Source: a virus
Lineage: Duplodnaviria; Caudoviricetes
Virus record (IMG/VR): IMGVR_UViG_3300025368_000003
Coordinates: 1-42,665 of that record
Length of the DNA stretch: 42,665 nucleotides
Reading direction: 5' to 3' (one strand)
The notes under the pieces are model-generated. The model ran no database searches. It saw only the letters and a list, made by a program, of their open reading frames with translations, and had not been told where the DNA came from. Shown piece after piece: positions 25,079-34,808 of this stretch. Position numbers and translations under genes: made by a program. Positions within the stretch are counted from its first letter, which is position 1, and each line of letters opens with the position of its first letter.

Positions 25079-25377
25079 GCGCATTTACCAAAGTAGGAGA
25101 AATTAAAATATATGGAGACACATGGGAATATGGATGGGGGTATTGCGGGAAAACCCCCAACGGCCCTGCCATTGGCAAGTGCTACTACCATCTCAAGAGA
25201 ATTGCGATTAACAAGCAATATCACAAACATTGCCCACTTTCAGACGTATTGGCACATGAGATCCTCCACGCCTACCTTCCCATCGCAAAAGAAGAGTTCG
25301 TTGAGGAATTCGGCTTTAATGTGGGACAAGCTCAAAAACAAATGGAATACAATGTCGCTCCCGGACATGGGGGATGA
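25075..25377 (+). CDS. Small zincin-like (HExxH) metalloprotein
   Basis: GKCYY...IAIN...DVLAHEILHA...EEFVE. Confidence 0.75.
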   Translation: MSAFTKVGEIKIYGDTWEYGWGYCGKTPNGPAIGKCYYHLKRIAINKQYHKHCPLSDVLAHEILHAYLPIAKEEFVEEFGFNVGQAQKQMEYNVAPGHGG

Positions 25378-25410
25378 TGACGAGTGGGACGAAGAAGAGG
25401 AAATATATAA

Positions 25411-25608
25411 ATGAAATTCACAGACAAGCAATTTGACGAGTGGTACGACACCGAAGGAATTAGATTCTATTCTCAGAATCATGGGAATGCAGATGGTCAC
25501 TATGACTATATGAAGAAAGCCTACTTGGACGGCTTTTATGCTGGACTTAATTCTGCCACTCAGATATTAAACGAAATCACTAATGACGATACGACTCCAG
25601 TTGCTTAA
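25411..25608 (+). CDS. Hypothetical protein, 65 aa
   Basis: FDEWY...KAYLDGFYAG pattern of small phage proteins. Confidence 0.6.
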   Translation: MKFTDKQFDEWYDTEGIRFYSQNHGNADGHYDYMKKAYLDGFYAGLNSATQILNEITNDDTTPVA

Positions 25609-26248
25609 TGGTAATAGCGTCCCTCCTGGGATGTTTCGCTACACCGTTCCCGAAACTGGAGCCAAGTTTGGCAGTCAGCATACAATGGATGGCATTTTGG
25701 GGCTTGTTGCTGCCCACTACCGGGACAACAACATTCCAATTCCTGTTGATTTAAAGGAGAGAATTGAAGATCAGATGTGTCAGACGTTACCGGAGGGCAA
25801 TTGTCAATACACAGATGGAACTCCATATAAGGGCTATCAGAGTGCCCTCACAATGGAAAACCTCATGAAGGGAATTAGTTCCTTGGCCTACATGATGAAG
25901 GAATCCATTCTGGGTAATGATGTGTTTGTTAGTCAGGAGGAGGCCGATCAAAGGGCTTTAATCTGCACTCGATGCTACCTAAATATGGGCAATGGAGTGT
26001 GTATGGGGTGCGGTGCTATGAAAGCTGTAACTGACTTGGCATCAAATGTTAAGGGTGGCCGTACTACTAAATACGACTCTCAGCTTCAGAACTGCGGAGT
26101 TTGCGGCTGCCGAAATGACGCAATTGTCCATGTCAATAGAAAAGTATTGCTTTCAAACGAAAAACCAGAGACAACAGAAGATCGCCCATCTTGGTGTTGG
26201 GTTAAAAATCCAGACCTTAACCAAGCACAAGCCAATTTAACCACATGA
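25583..26248 (+). CDS. Cys-rich putative Zn-binding protein
   Basis: RALICTRC, CMGC, CGVCGC, CW; coupled to the portal gene. Confidence 0.7.
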   Translation: MTIRLQLLNGNSVPPGMFRYTVPETGAKFGSQHTMDGILGLVAAHYRDNNIPIPVDLKERIEDQMCQTLPEGNCQYTDGTPYKGYQSALTMENLMKGISSLAYMMKESILGNDVFVSQEEADQRALICTRCYLNMGNGVCMGCGAMKAVTDLASNVKGGRTTKYDSQLQNCGVCGCRNDAIVHVNRKVLLSNEKPETTEDRPSWCWVKNPDLNQAQANLTT

Positions 26249-28464
26249 TTACATTCGGACTTCAAGACCTAGATGACGATAACAAGCCTGTAAAAACTAG
26301 GATTGAGGATGCTGGCTCTGCTCGTTCCATGCTCTATGAGCTGATTGATGACGATCAGATCGCTTCTTATCGCCGGGCGCAGATCCAAGGCATCATTGAT
26401 GGCAACCCCCCTTATAATGACCAGCAATTGCGTGAGGCTGGTCAGGGAGATCGAATCAATGTGAACTGGGGACACGCTGAAGCAAAAGTAGAATCCGCAG
26501 TTATTCCTTATTTTGACATCCTCACATCTGTTCCTTTTTATGCTAATTGTAAGACAAAGTATGGCAAGGACATGGGAAAGAGAGAGGAATGGAGTCGGAT
26601 TATCACGGAAGAGTTCCACAGGCTTCTTGCAGGATCTAATCCTAATTTCCTAGCCCAGCATCAAGTTTGCCATAAGGAGCTTGTCATTCATGGACAGGCT
26701 TGTATGTATTTCCCCGACCAAACGGATTGGAGGGCAAAAGCTATTGAGCCTTATGCTCTGGTTGTCCCTAAAGGCAGCAAAGTGGATTGGGATAATTGGG
26801 AGTTTTGTTTCATTCTTGATGATGTTTATTGCGAACAACTCTATTCTTATATTGAGAATGAGGAAGCCGCCACTCGTGGAGGATGGGACGTAGAGGAAGT
26901 TAAGAGTGCCATCATGAGCGCCAGAGTGGATGAGCAAGACCAGCGCCGCCCCTGGGAGTGGTATCAGAGAGAGCTTAAAAACAATTCTCTATATTATTCC
27001 TACGCCAAGAGCAAGATCATCAAGATTGCTCATATGTATGTGAAGGAATACGATGGTCGCATCTCTCACTACATCTTTGATCGTCTTAATTCATCTGAAT
27101 GGCTTTGCAAGAAAGTGGGACGCTATCAGAAGTTCAGCCAAGCATTCACTGTGTTCATGAATGGCGTGGGTAATGGATTCTATCATGGAGTCAGGGGACT
27201 AGGCCAGAAGGTGTTTAAATATGCCGAAGCCATGAACAGGGTGAACAATGCCCTTCTGGAAGGAGTCATTGTTGGCTCTGCCGTGATGTTCCAACCCAAT
27301 ACCGCTGCTGATGCAGAGAAGATTAAGACCATCCAGATTGGGCCTTATAAGATTCTCCCTCCGGGTCTCAACCTAACTCAGGTCAATGTGGCTGCAAATC
27401 TATCGTCTGCCATGCAGACTGCTTCGTTCTTCCAAGGGCAGGAGAGTGATGACATTGGTAGCTTCATGCCTAGCGTTGCTGGCGGATCTCGCAAGAAGGG
27501 CAATAAGGAAATTGAGATGGAGATTGGCGAGAAGAGCCGTCTCACCAATACCAGGGCAGAAATCTACCTTCAAGCTCTGGATGTTCATTACGCCGAGGTT
27601 TATCGCAGGGCGGCTAACCCTAATCTGATTGAAGAGGATCATGGGGGATTTGAAGCTCTCCGATTCCAGAAGGCTTGCCTAGATCGAGGCGTTCCTGCCG
27701 CTGCCATGCTGGACATGGATTATGTTAGAGCCACTCGCTCTATCGGTCAGGGAAGCTCCGCTGCTCGTATGCAAGCAATGGAACTCATCTCTGAATATCT
27801 TCCTCAACTGCCAGAGTCCAACCGGAAACGAGTAATTAACGCCAACATAGCGGCGATAGCGGGACAAACTGGAGTTGAGACCTTTGGCATCCCAGAAGAA
27901 GTGAAGCCAGAAGGAAATGATCTTTCAATTGCTTCCCTTGAAAACAATGCTTTACAGCAGGGTGGTCAAGTGTTAATTGATCCAGATCAAAACCACTTCA
28001 CCCATCTTAACGTGCATCTTCAGTTTGCTGGAAGTCTTGTTAAGGCCGTCCAAGACAAGCAGACAGACCCACGAATTGCTGACAAGGCTCTACAAGCTGT
28101 CATTCCTCACCTCCTTGGGCATCTTCAGTTCCTTGAGGAAGATCCAACCCGGCAAGAGCAGTTTGATTCTCTTAACGAGCAGACTAGTGAGCTTATGAAG
28201 ATTGCTGATCAAATGAGTTCTTACGCTCAAAAGATTCAAGCCCAAGAGAATGCGCAGCAGGAACAGCAGGGACAAGCTCAAGATCCTAAAGTTTTGGTTG
28301 CCCAGAACAAGATTCAATTGGATCGGATGAAGTTTGAGAATGATGCTCAGATTAGACAGGCAAAAGCCCAGCATCAGATGCAACTCCAAGACAGGAAAAC
28401 GGCTCAACGATTAATGATTGATCGAGTAAAAACAGCACAGAAATACCCAACGCTAGGAGCATAA
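26245..28464 (+). CDS. Portal protein (putative)
   Basis: 739 aa helical protein with Gln-rich C-terminal coiled coil (P22-like barrel); upstream of scaffold and terminase. Confidence 0.8.
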   Translation: MITFGLQDLDDDNKPVKTRIEDAGSARSMLYELIDDDQIASYRRAQIQGIIDGNPPYNDQQLREAGQGDRINVNWGHAEAKVESAVIPYFDILTSVPFYANCKTKYGKDMGKREEWSRIITEEFHRLLAGSNPNFLAQHQVCHKELVIHGQACMYFPDQTDWRAKAIEPYALVVPKGSKVDWDNWEFCFILDDVYCEQLYSYIENEEAATRGGWDVEEVKSAIMSARVDEQDQRRPWEWYQRELKNNSLYYSYAKSKIIKIAHMYVKEYDGRISHYIFDRLNSSEWLCKKVGRYQKFSQAFTVFMNGVGNGFYHGVRGLGQKVFKYAEAMNRVNNALLEGVIVGSAVMFQPNTAADAEKIKTIQIGPYKILPPGLNLTQVNVAANLSSAMQTASFFQGQESDDIGSFMPSVAGGSRKKGNKEIEMEIGEKSRLTNTRAEIYLQALDVHYAEVYRRAANPNLIEEDHGGFEALRFQKACLDRGVPAAAMLDMDYVRATRSIGQGSSAARMQAMELISEYLPQLPESNRKRVINANIAAIAGQTGVETFGIPEEVKPEGNDLSIASLENNALQQGGQVLIDPDQNHFTHLNVHLQFAGSLVKAVQDKQTDPRIADKALQAVIPHLLGHLQFLEEDPTRQEQFDSLNEQTSELMKIADQMSSYAQKIQAQENAQQEQQGQAQDPKVLVAQNKIQLDRMKFENDAQIRQAKAQHQMQLQDRKTAQRLMIDRVKTAQKYPTLGA

Positions 28465-28465
28465 C

Positions 28466-28726
28466 ATGAGCGAGGCATGGACAAAAAAAGAAGGCAAGAA
28501 CCCCAAGGGCGGATTGAACGCCAAGGGAAGGGCTTCTTATAATAAAGCACATGGGGGGCATTTGAAGCCTCCTGCTCCTCACCCTAAGAATGAGAAGGAT
28601 GCCGCAAGGAAGAAGAGCTTCTGTGCTAGAATGCAAGGCATGAAAAGCAAGATGACAAGCCCTGCAAAGAAGAAAGATCCTAACAGCAGAATTAACAAGT
28701 CCCTTCGGGCTTGGAACTGCCGTTAA
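28466..28726 (+). CDS. DUF6321-like small basic protein
   Basis: AW.KKEGKNPKGGLNAKGRASY...RKKSFCARM.GM...DPNSRINKSLRAWNC. Confidence 0.8.
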   Translation: MSEAWTKKEGKNPKGGLNAKGRASYNKAHGGHLKPPAPHPKNEKDAARKKSFCARMQGMKSKMTSPAKKKDPNSRINKSLRAWNCR

Positions 28727-28752
28727 AAACCAAAAAAACACAACCACAAAAA

Positions 28753-28956
28753 ATGAAAACCTCCGCTCAAGATGCGGCTAGGGATGAAATGCGGGAGCAG
28801 ATTGTTGCTCTCATCTATCACAAGTACGTCTATTTTCGGACGTTCTTTGGCAAAGAAGACCAGACAGCACTTGCCCTCAAGGGGCTAATCCTCGACATCA
28901 GAGAAGACCAAGCAAAAGAAATAGAAACACAGAATGAGCAAATGTTTAGTTATTGA
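28753..28956 (+). CDS. Hypothetical protein, 67 aa
   Basis: ATG after an A/C-rich leader. Confidence 0.6.
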   Translation: MKTSAQDAARDEMREQIVALIYHKYVYFRTFFGKEDQTALALKGLILDIREDQAKEIETQNEQMFSY

Positions 28957-30214
28957 TCATGGTATTTTCACGGCCTTTGCAAAGAGGCTGGCTGAAGATC
29001 ACCAAGTATTCTATTTCGTTCCCTACGCTGATCGTTCCTTTCCTATTCATGGCCCAGCTATGATTGGGGAGGGGATTGATGGCGTGGAGAGAGTTGAAGA
29101 TATGTGGAGGCTTGTCGATGAGGTGGACTTCATCGTGTTCCCAGACGTGGGATTCTATCAGCTACAAGAATATCTTCGCTCCAGGGGATATAAAGTCTGG
29201 GGGGCTGGACTAGGAGAGAAGCTAGAAGTGCAGAGGTGGAGAGCCAAGGAGACCATGAAGGCTCTTGATCTCCCAGTTGGCAAGTGCGCCTTGGTCACCG
29301 GCATGACTGAGCTTCGTGACTACATTAGCGAGAATGAAGACGTATATGTCAAGATCAGTGGCTTTAGAGGACTGGCGGAGACATTCCATGCCTACAACCT
29401 TTCAAGTGCCTCACAGAGGCTTAATGAGCTGGCATTAGCCCTTGGAGGGGCTGCTGAAGTGTTTCCATTCGTTATTGAGCATAAGGTGGAGTCAGTGGTG
29501 GAAGCTGGCTATGATGGATATTCAATTGATGGTAAATTCCCTGCCACTTGCCTTACTGGAGTGGAAATCAAAGACGCTGGCTACCTTGGAGCAGTTAGAG
29601 ATTACGATAAGCTCTCTGATCCTGTGAAGGAAGTTAATGACAAACTTGCTCCTTTTCTTCAAGAGGCCGGCTATCGTCAGTTCTTTTCAACTGAGATTAG
29701 AGTTACGGAGGAAGGCACTCCCTATCTGATTGATCTCACCACTCGATGCCCAGCTCCTCCCTCTGCCCTGTACTGGGAAATGATTGAGAACGTGGGGGAG
29801 ATTATTGAGTCTGGAGCTAACGGAGAGCTTGTGGAGCCTGTGTGGAGAGCGAAATACGGAGCCTTGGCAGTGATCCATTCTGACTTTGCTGCCGAGCGTT
29901 GGTGTCCGGTGTGGAATGATCCTAAAGTGGATCAGTGGATCAAGTGGCGCAACTACTGCAATATTGACGGACAAGGCTACATTGTCCCCACAGATGGCGT
30001 TAAAATGATTGAAATAGGGGATTGCATTGGAATTGGCGACACTATTGAAGAAGCTATTTCCGCTTGCCAAGAACACGCAGAAGGCGTAAAGGGAGACAAG
30101 GTGGTTGTAATGACGGATGCGTTATACGATGGCCTAGATGAAATAACCAAAGCTGAAGAAAATGATATTATCTTCACTGAGGACGAACTACCAACCAAAA
30201 AAGAACTAATCTAA
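28934..30214 (+). CDS. PurD-like ATP-grasp ligase
   Basis: VWGAG..EKLE..R..AKE.M..L.LP, VYVK, FVIE.KV...E, PYLIDLTTR; about 426 aa like PurD, but lacks the canonical GSGGREH and RFGDPE motifs. Confidence 0.75.
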   Translation: MSKCLVIDHGIFTAFAKRLAEDHQVFYFVPYADRSFPIHGPAMIGEGIDGVERVEDMWRLVDEVDFIVFPDVGFYQLQEYLRSRGYKVWGAGLGEKLEVQRWRAKETMKALDLPVGKCALVTGMTELRDYISENEDVYVKISGFRGLAETFHAYNLSSASQRLNELALALGGAAEVFPFVIEHKVESVVEAGYDGYSIDGKFPATCLTGVEIKDAGYLGAVRDYDKLSDPVKEVNDKLAPFLQEAGYRQFFSTEIRVTEEGTPYLIDLTTRCPAPPSALYWEMIENVGEIIESGANGELVEPVWRAKYGALAVIHSDFAAERWCPVWNDPKVDQWIKWRNYCNIDGQGYIVPTDGVKMIEIGDCIGIGDTIEEAISACQEHAEGVKGDKVVVMTDALYDGLDEITKAEENDIIFTEDELPTKKELI

Positions 30215-30490
30215 ATGACACATCAGGAATGGAGGGCCAATCCCCTCCTGGCGACAGAGCTGAAGCAATTGCTCCAGAATACAACAATTAAGGCAGCATT
30301 GGAAATGTTAGAGAAGCAGACGATGGCTTCCACGCTTGCCGGCAACGGCCTCCTTCAGTTGGCAGACAAAGCCAGTATTTTGTTTGGCTATGATGCAGGA
30401 CGTTATAGCATATTGTCAGACCTTCAAAACCTAGCAACAGTTCCAGAACAGCACACAGAAGTGTTGCCATCTTACGATCCACAATTTTAA
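30215..30490 (+). CDS. Small head-module protein (Bbp19-like, putative)
   Basis: GYDAGRYSILSDLQNL; located between portal and scaffold. Confidence 0.55.
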   Translation: MTHQEWRANPLLATELKQLLQNTTIKAALEMLEKQTMASTLAGNGLLQLADKASILFGYDAGRYSILSDLQNLATVPEQHTEVLPSYDPQF

Positions 30491-30493
30491 TTT

Positions 30494-31685
30494 ATGTCAG
30501 ACCCACTACCAACATCCACACAGCCAGCCGCAGCCATCCCATCATTGGCTATGCCTCAAACAGAAGAATCTTTTGAAACGGTTCTTCAGCGTCAACTTCA
30601 AAAGCCCAAAGTTGAGAAGTTCTCAATGAAAAGCCTTTCCGAGCTTCCAAATGTGGAGACTGAAATTGGAGAGCCTCTCCCAGTGGGAGAATTTAATGCG
30701 GTTTCCGATGTGGATTCCGAGAACTATTTAAAACTGATTGAAACTCAAGCAGCTCCAGAGGAGCCAAAGGAAAAGAAATCCAAGAAGAAGGAGGAGCCAG
30801 TTAATGACTTCTCCCTGGATGATCTTGATCTCTCCAAAGACCCGGAGCCAGTGGAAAGCAAAGGCAAGAAGAGCAAGGAAGACAACATTGCGGAGCTTCG
30901 CAAGAAGGCAGAGGCTTACGAGGAGACCCTAAAGACCAAGGACACTGAAGTTCTGACATACAAAGAGAAGCTAGAGAAGCTGGAGGCTGAGCTTGAGCGT
31001 ACTGCTTTTGAGCGCTCTCCCAAATTCAAAAACAAATATGAAACACCTTACAACGCTAGTATTGAAGCGGCTTCAGCATTCGCCAAGGAAATTGCAGATG
31101 ATGCGTCAATTGCAGAAAAGGCTCTATCGCTCAAGGGGCGTGAACGGCTTGAGTTCATTGACGAATCGTTCGGAGGGGGGTGCAGTTGCAAGTCAATTTC
31201 TCTCACTTATCAATGATGCCGACAGCAAGCGAAATGCACTTGAAAACGCTCTTGTGGATTACAGATCAACTGCTGCTAATTTACAGGCAGAAGAGCAAGC
31301 AGAGTATTCCGCAACAAGTGAAACGATTAATAAAAACTTTGATCGGGTAAGTCAGCACTTTGCTAACAAGATTGAATGGTTTAGGAAGGGAGATGACGAG
31401 GATCACAACAAAGAGGTTGAGCGTCGAATCTCTGCCGCTCGAAATATCATCCAGGGAAACGCTAGTCAGAATGAAATGATGGCGGCTCCTTTCCTTGCAG
31501 TGATTGCCAAGGAAGCCGTGGATGAGAACGCAAAGCTGAAGAGTGAACTTGCAAAGTATAAGGCTAGGGCAAGCCAACAGGCTGCCGTTGAGCCTCGAAT
31601 CTCCAGAGGGTCATCTGACAATGACACTGAAGTGAGGGGCAAACCCAAGTCTGCTATGGATGCTATCCGTAGCCAGCTTCGTTGA
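30494..31685 (+). CDS. Putative scaffolding protein, split by a +1 frameshift at G6 (31175-31180)
   Basis: Acidic disordered N-terminus plus coiled coil; deleting one G joins ...IDESFGGG to AVASQFLSL..., giving 396 aa ending in a scaffold-like helix SAMDAIRSQLR. Confidence 0.65.
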
Positions 31686-33370
31686 AGCTCCAGACCTACG
31701 GGTTAGATTTTTCTAAATTCCCTGCCATAACGCAACTTGAGATAGAGTTGCTTATGGTGGCGAATAAGGCTCCCGAATTGTGCGGGGGTATGAGCCGGGG
31801 GCAACACATAAAGCACGTCATTCAGATGTTGTGGCCTTGGGCTTATAAAGGATGGAATGATTGGAGTGAGATGTGTTTGTGGGCGTGGACAAGCTTTGAT
31901 GAAATTGGAACTACCGGATGTGCTGCCGCTGGCAAAACCTTCACGTTCACCATGCTTGGACTAGTTGAGTATTTGGCAAAGCCTCACGCAACTCGATTGG
32001 CTCTCACTTCCACAACTGTGCCTTCTCTTCGTGGACGCATCTGGGCTGAAGTGATGAACTTCACTCAACCTACGATTGGATTGTTTGGACTGAATGTGGT
32101 GGATTCTGCCACAAAGATCCAATTCAAGAAAGGGGATGACAGGAATGCTGTGATTGCCCTTGCCGTGGATAGCGGGTCTGTTGAGCAAGCAGTGGGAAAG
32201 CTCCAGGGCGTTCACCCAGATCGAATGGTGATTATCGTGGACGAGGCGGCACAGACACAACCAGCCATCTTCTCCGCACGAGCTAACCTCCAAGTGGGAA
32301 CAAGTCTTTACAGGTTTGTGGCGATTGCCAACGCATCTTCTCAGTTTGATGCTCATGGGCAGTTCTGCCAGCCCAAGAATGGATGGTCAACGATTAGCGT
32401 TAATGATGAGCATTGGGAGACCAAGACCGGTGTTTGCCTACACTTTGACGGCCTCAAAAGCCCCAACATCAAAGCTGGAAAAACCCTATTCCCAAAGCTA
32501 TTTGCTCAAGAGAACATTGATGCCATTCGCAAGAATCATGGAGAAAACTCCCTAGAGTGGCATAGCTATGTGAGGGGTTTCTGGCCTCCTAGCGGCGTTA
32601 GGAACACTATTCTGGATGCGGCTACCATACAGGAAGGAAAAGCGCAAGAGAAGGCAATCTGGAGAGGAGGAGACGTGTTTACAATAGCGGGGCTTGATCC
32701 TGCCTTCACCTCCGGTGGGGATGATTGTATGCTTCGTATTGGAAAAGTGGGAACTTCCATTGATGGAGAGCTTTGCTTAATGAGTGTGGAGAAGATTAAA
32801 ATCCAACTTGAAGACTCCGTGAGCAATCCTTTGTTCTACCAGGTCGCAGACAAAACGATTGATCTTTTGATTAAGCATGGAGTGAGTCCAGATTGCTTTG
32901 GACTTGATTCCACTGGCGCTGGCGCTGGAATAGCAGACATCATTTCCCAACGCTGGAACGCCGGCTTCCGTAGGGTGAGTTTTGCTGGTTCCGCTACCGA
33001 TAATTCCGTTAGCGTGGAGGATGAACGTCCTGCCAATAAAGTTTATGGCAATCGAGTAAGTCAACTCTGGGGGCAAGTGGGCAAGCTCGTGATGAGTGGG
33101 CGCATCAAGGGACTAGACGATGAAACAGCTCAACAATTCTGCACTCGCATTTATGGACTCAAGAACGAAAGGATTGTGATTGAGAGTAAGAACGAGATGA
33201 AGAAACGCACGAATGGACAATCACCGGATGCCGCAGATGCTTTCGCCATCATGTGTGATGTGTATATAGCAAAAGTGGGCTTTGGGGATGCCACTGCAAG
33301 CGAGTTTCAAAATTCTCAAGAATGGGAAAATTTGGTTGTTGACTACGATTTAGAACCCGACTATCGCTAG
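31682..33370 (+). CDS. terL: Terminase large subunit
   Basis: Walker A GCAAAGKT, Walker B IIVDEA, nuclease AGLDPA, LDSTG, SPDAADA; TTG start overlapping the upstream stop. Confidence 0.93.
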   Translation: MKLQTYGLDFSKFPAITQLEIELLMVANKAPELCGGMSRGQHIKHVIQMLWPWAYKGWNDWSEMCLWAWTSFDEIGTTGCAAAGKTFTFTMLGLVEYLAKPHATRLALTSTTVPSLRGRIWAEVMNFTQPTIGLFGLNVVDSATKIQFKKGDDRNAVIALAVDSGSVEQAVGKLQGVHPDRMVIIVDEAAQTQPAIFSARANLQVGTSLYRFVAIANASSQFDAHGQFCQPKNGWSTISVNDEHWETKTGVCLHFDGLKSPNIKAGKTLFPKLFAQENIDAIRKNHGENSLEWHSYVRGFWPPSGVRNTILDAATIQEGKAQEKAIWRGGDVFTIAGLDPAFTSGGDDCMLRIGKVGTSIDGELCLMSVEKIKIQLEDSVSNPLFYQVADKTIDLLIKHGVSPDCFGLDSTGAGAGIADIISQRWNAGFRRVSFAGSATDNSVSVEDERPANKVYGNRVSQLWGQVGKLVMSGRIKGLDDETAQQFCTRIYGLKNERIVIESKNEMKKRTNGQSPDAADAFAIMCDVYIAKVGFGDATASEFQNSQEWENLVVDYDLEPDYR

Positions 33371-33402
33371 TCAAAGAGGATTCAACCAACCTCGCAATAA
33401 AC

Positions 33403-33690
33403 ATGAAAAAAGTTAAGTTCAATGATCAGGAGTGTGATGTGGTGATGTCAAGATACCCAAATGACAACATTGCAATCCAGCTTTATGCAGATGGAACGCC
33501 TTATTCAACAGCAACCCTAAACGACCCAGAACTGGAGCTAGAAGCCGACCAAATTCTGATTAAGGACTACAGCGAGAACGAGGGAATGGTGAAGGCATTG
33601 CAAGAGGCAGGGATTGTTCAACCTTTATATCCACATCCTGTTGGTACTTTTGGAGCAAGCACCTGGGTGTGTGAAATTCTGGAGGACTAA
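33403..33690 (+). CDS. DUF4313-like protein
   Basis: Y.NDNIAIQL...PYSTATLN...IKDYSENEG....L.EAGI. Confidence 0.7.
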   Translation: MKKVKFNDQECDVVMSRYPNDNIAIQLYADGTPYSTATLNDPELELEADQILIKDYSENEGMVKALQEAGIVQPLYPHPVGTFGASTWVCEILED

Positions 33691-33691
33691 A

Positions 33692-34114
33692 ATGTGGATA
33701 CTACCTCGCCCTTTACACACGTTAGCCTCTGCACTGGATACGGAGGCATTGACATTGGACTTGCAAGAGCAATCCCAAATCTGCGCCTCGTCGCTGCTTG
33801 TGAGATCGAAGCCTTCGCCGTTGCGAACTTGGTTGCAAAAATGGAAGAGGGACTCTTGGACATCGCACCTATCTGGTCGGATCTTAAAACCTTCCCTTGA
33901 GCAGCCAATCAATCCATGTGGAGAGATCGCAGGGCAAGCTGAACCCCCGGTGGGTGGAGACTCTTATGGGACTTCCTGTGGGGTGGGTCATGCCGAGTTG
34001 TATATCTCCTGTGACAATCGAACCGACGAACTCCGATTGTTAGGCAACGGAGTTGTTCCTCAAACTTGTGAATTGGCAGTGAGAACATTATTAAAAGAAC
34101 TACTAAACAAATAA
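33692..34114 (+). pseudogene. Internally deleted dual-frame C5 cytosine methyltransferase
   Basis: Motif I SLCTGYGG and CEI in 33694-33900; motif IX-like LNPRWVETLMGLP and motif X RLLGNGVVP in two other frames; no catalytic PC or ENV motif. Confidence 0.8.
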
Positions 34115-34118
34115 AAAT

Positions 34119-34808
34119 ATGGAAAAAACAAAACTGATAAAAGACGCTCCGCACCAGAAATACTTTTCTGAGGACGGAACACAACTAGCCGGTGGTTCTA
34201 CCATCTGCAAAATCGGAGATGACCCAGGAGGGCTTCTCTATTGGGCATGGGATCTAGGCCGTCAAGGACTTGACTTCCGCAAGGAAAGAGGCACTGCTGC
34301 CAACATTGGAACCATAGCTCACTTCATGATCGAGTGTATGCTCACTGAAAGAGTTGCCGATCTTTCTGACTTTGATCAGGCAGACATAGACAAGGCTTTA
34401 GTTTGCTATTCCAAGTTCTTGGATTGGTGGGAGAGGCAGGATCTCAAGGTTGTGGCAACGGAAATTCAGCTTGTGAATGAGCTTTACAAGTACGGAGGAA
34501 CAATTGATTTGATTGCAGTTGATTTAGATGGAGAGTTTTGCTTGTTGGACTTCAAAACCAGCAAGAAGATCTCCGAATCCTATTGGAGGCAATTAGCCGG
34601 GTATGCAGAACTCTGGAACTACAATAACTTGGGATGCAAGATTAAGAATCATTGCATCGTGAGGATTGGTAAGGAAGAGGAGGGAGACTTTGAAACAATA
34701 TGGAGGGACGATCTTTCTGCATATTGGGAGACATTCAAGGCTCAAGTGAAGGTTTGGTGGGCTATCAAGAAAGAGAAACCAGTTAAAGTTAAGAAGGAGA
34801 AAAAATGA
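34119..34808 (+). CDS. PD-(D/E)XK exonuclease
   Basis: GTIAH..IE, YGGTIDL, LLDFKTS, QLAGY. Confidence 0.9.
   Translation: MEKTKLIKDAPHQKYFSEDGTQLAGGSTICKIGDDPGGLLYWAWDLGRQGLDFRKERGTAANIGTIAHFMIECMLTERVADLSDFDQADIDKALVCYSKFLDWWERQDLKVVATEIQLVNELYKYGGTIDLIAVDLDGEFCLLDFKTSKKISESYWRQLAGYAELWNYNNLGCKIKNHCIVRIGKEEEGDFETIWRDDLSAYWETFKAQVKVWWAIKKEKPVKVKKEKK

Noticed and set aside
28934-30214. Annotation as a true purD auxiliary metabolic gene
   Set aside because: Key PurD substrate motifs are missing and there is no purine pathway context.
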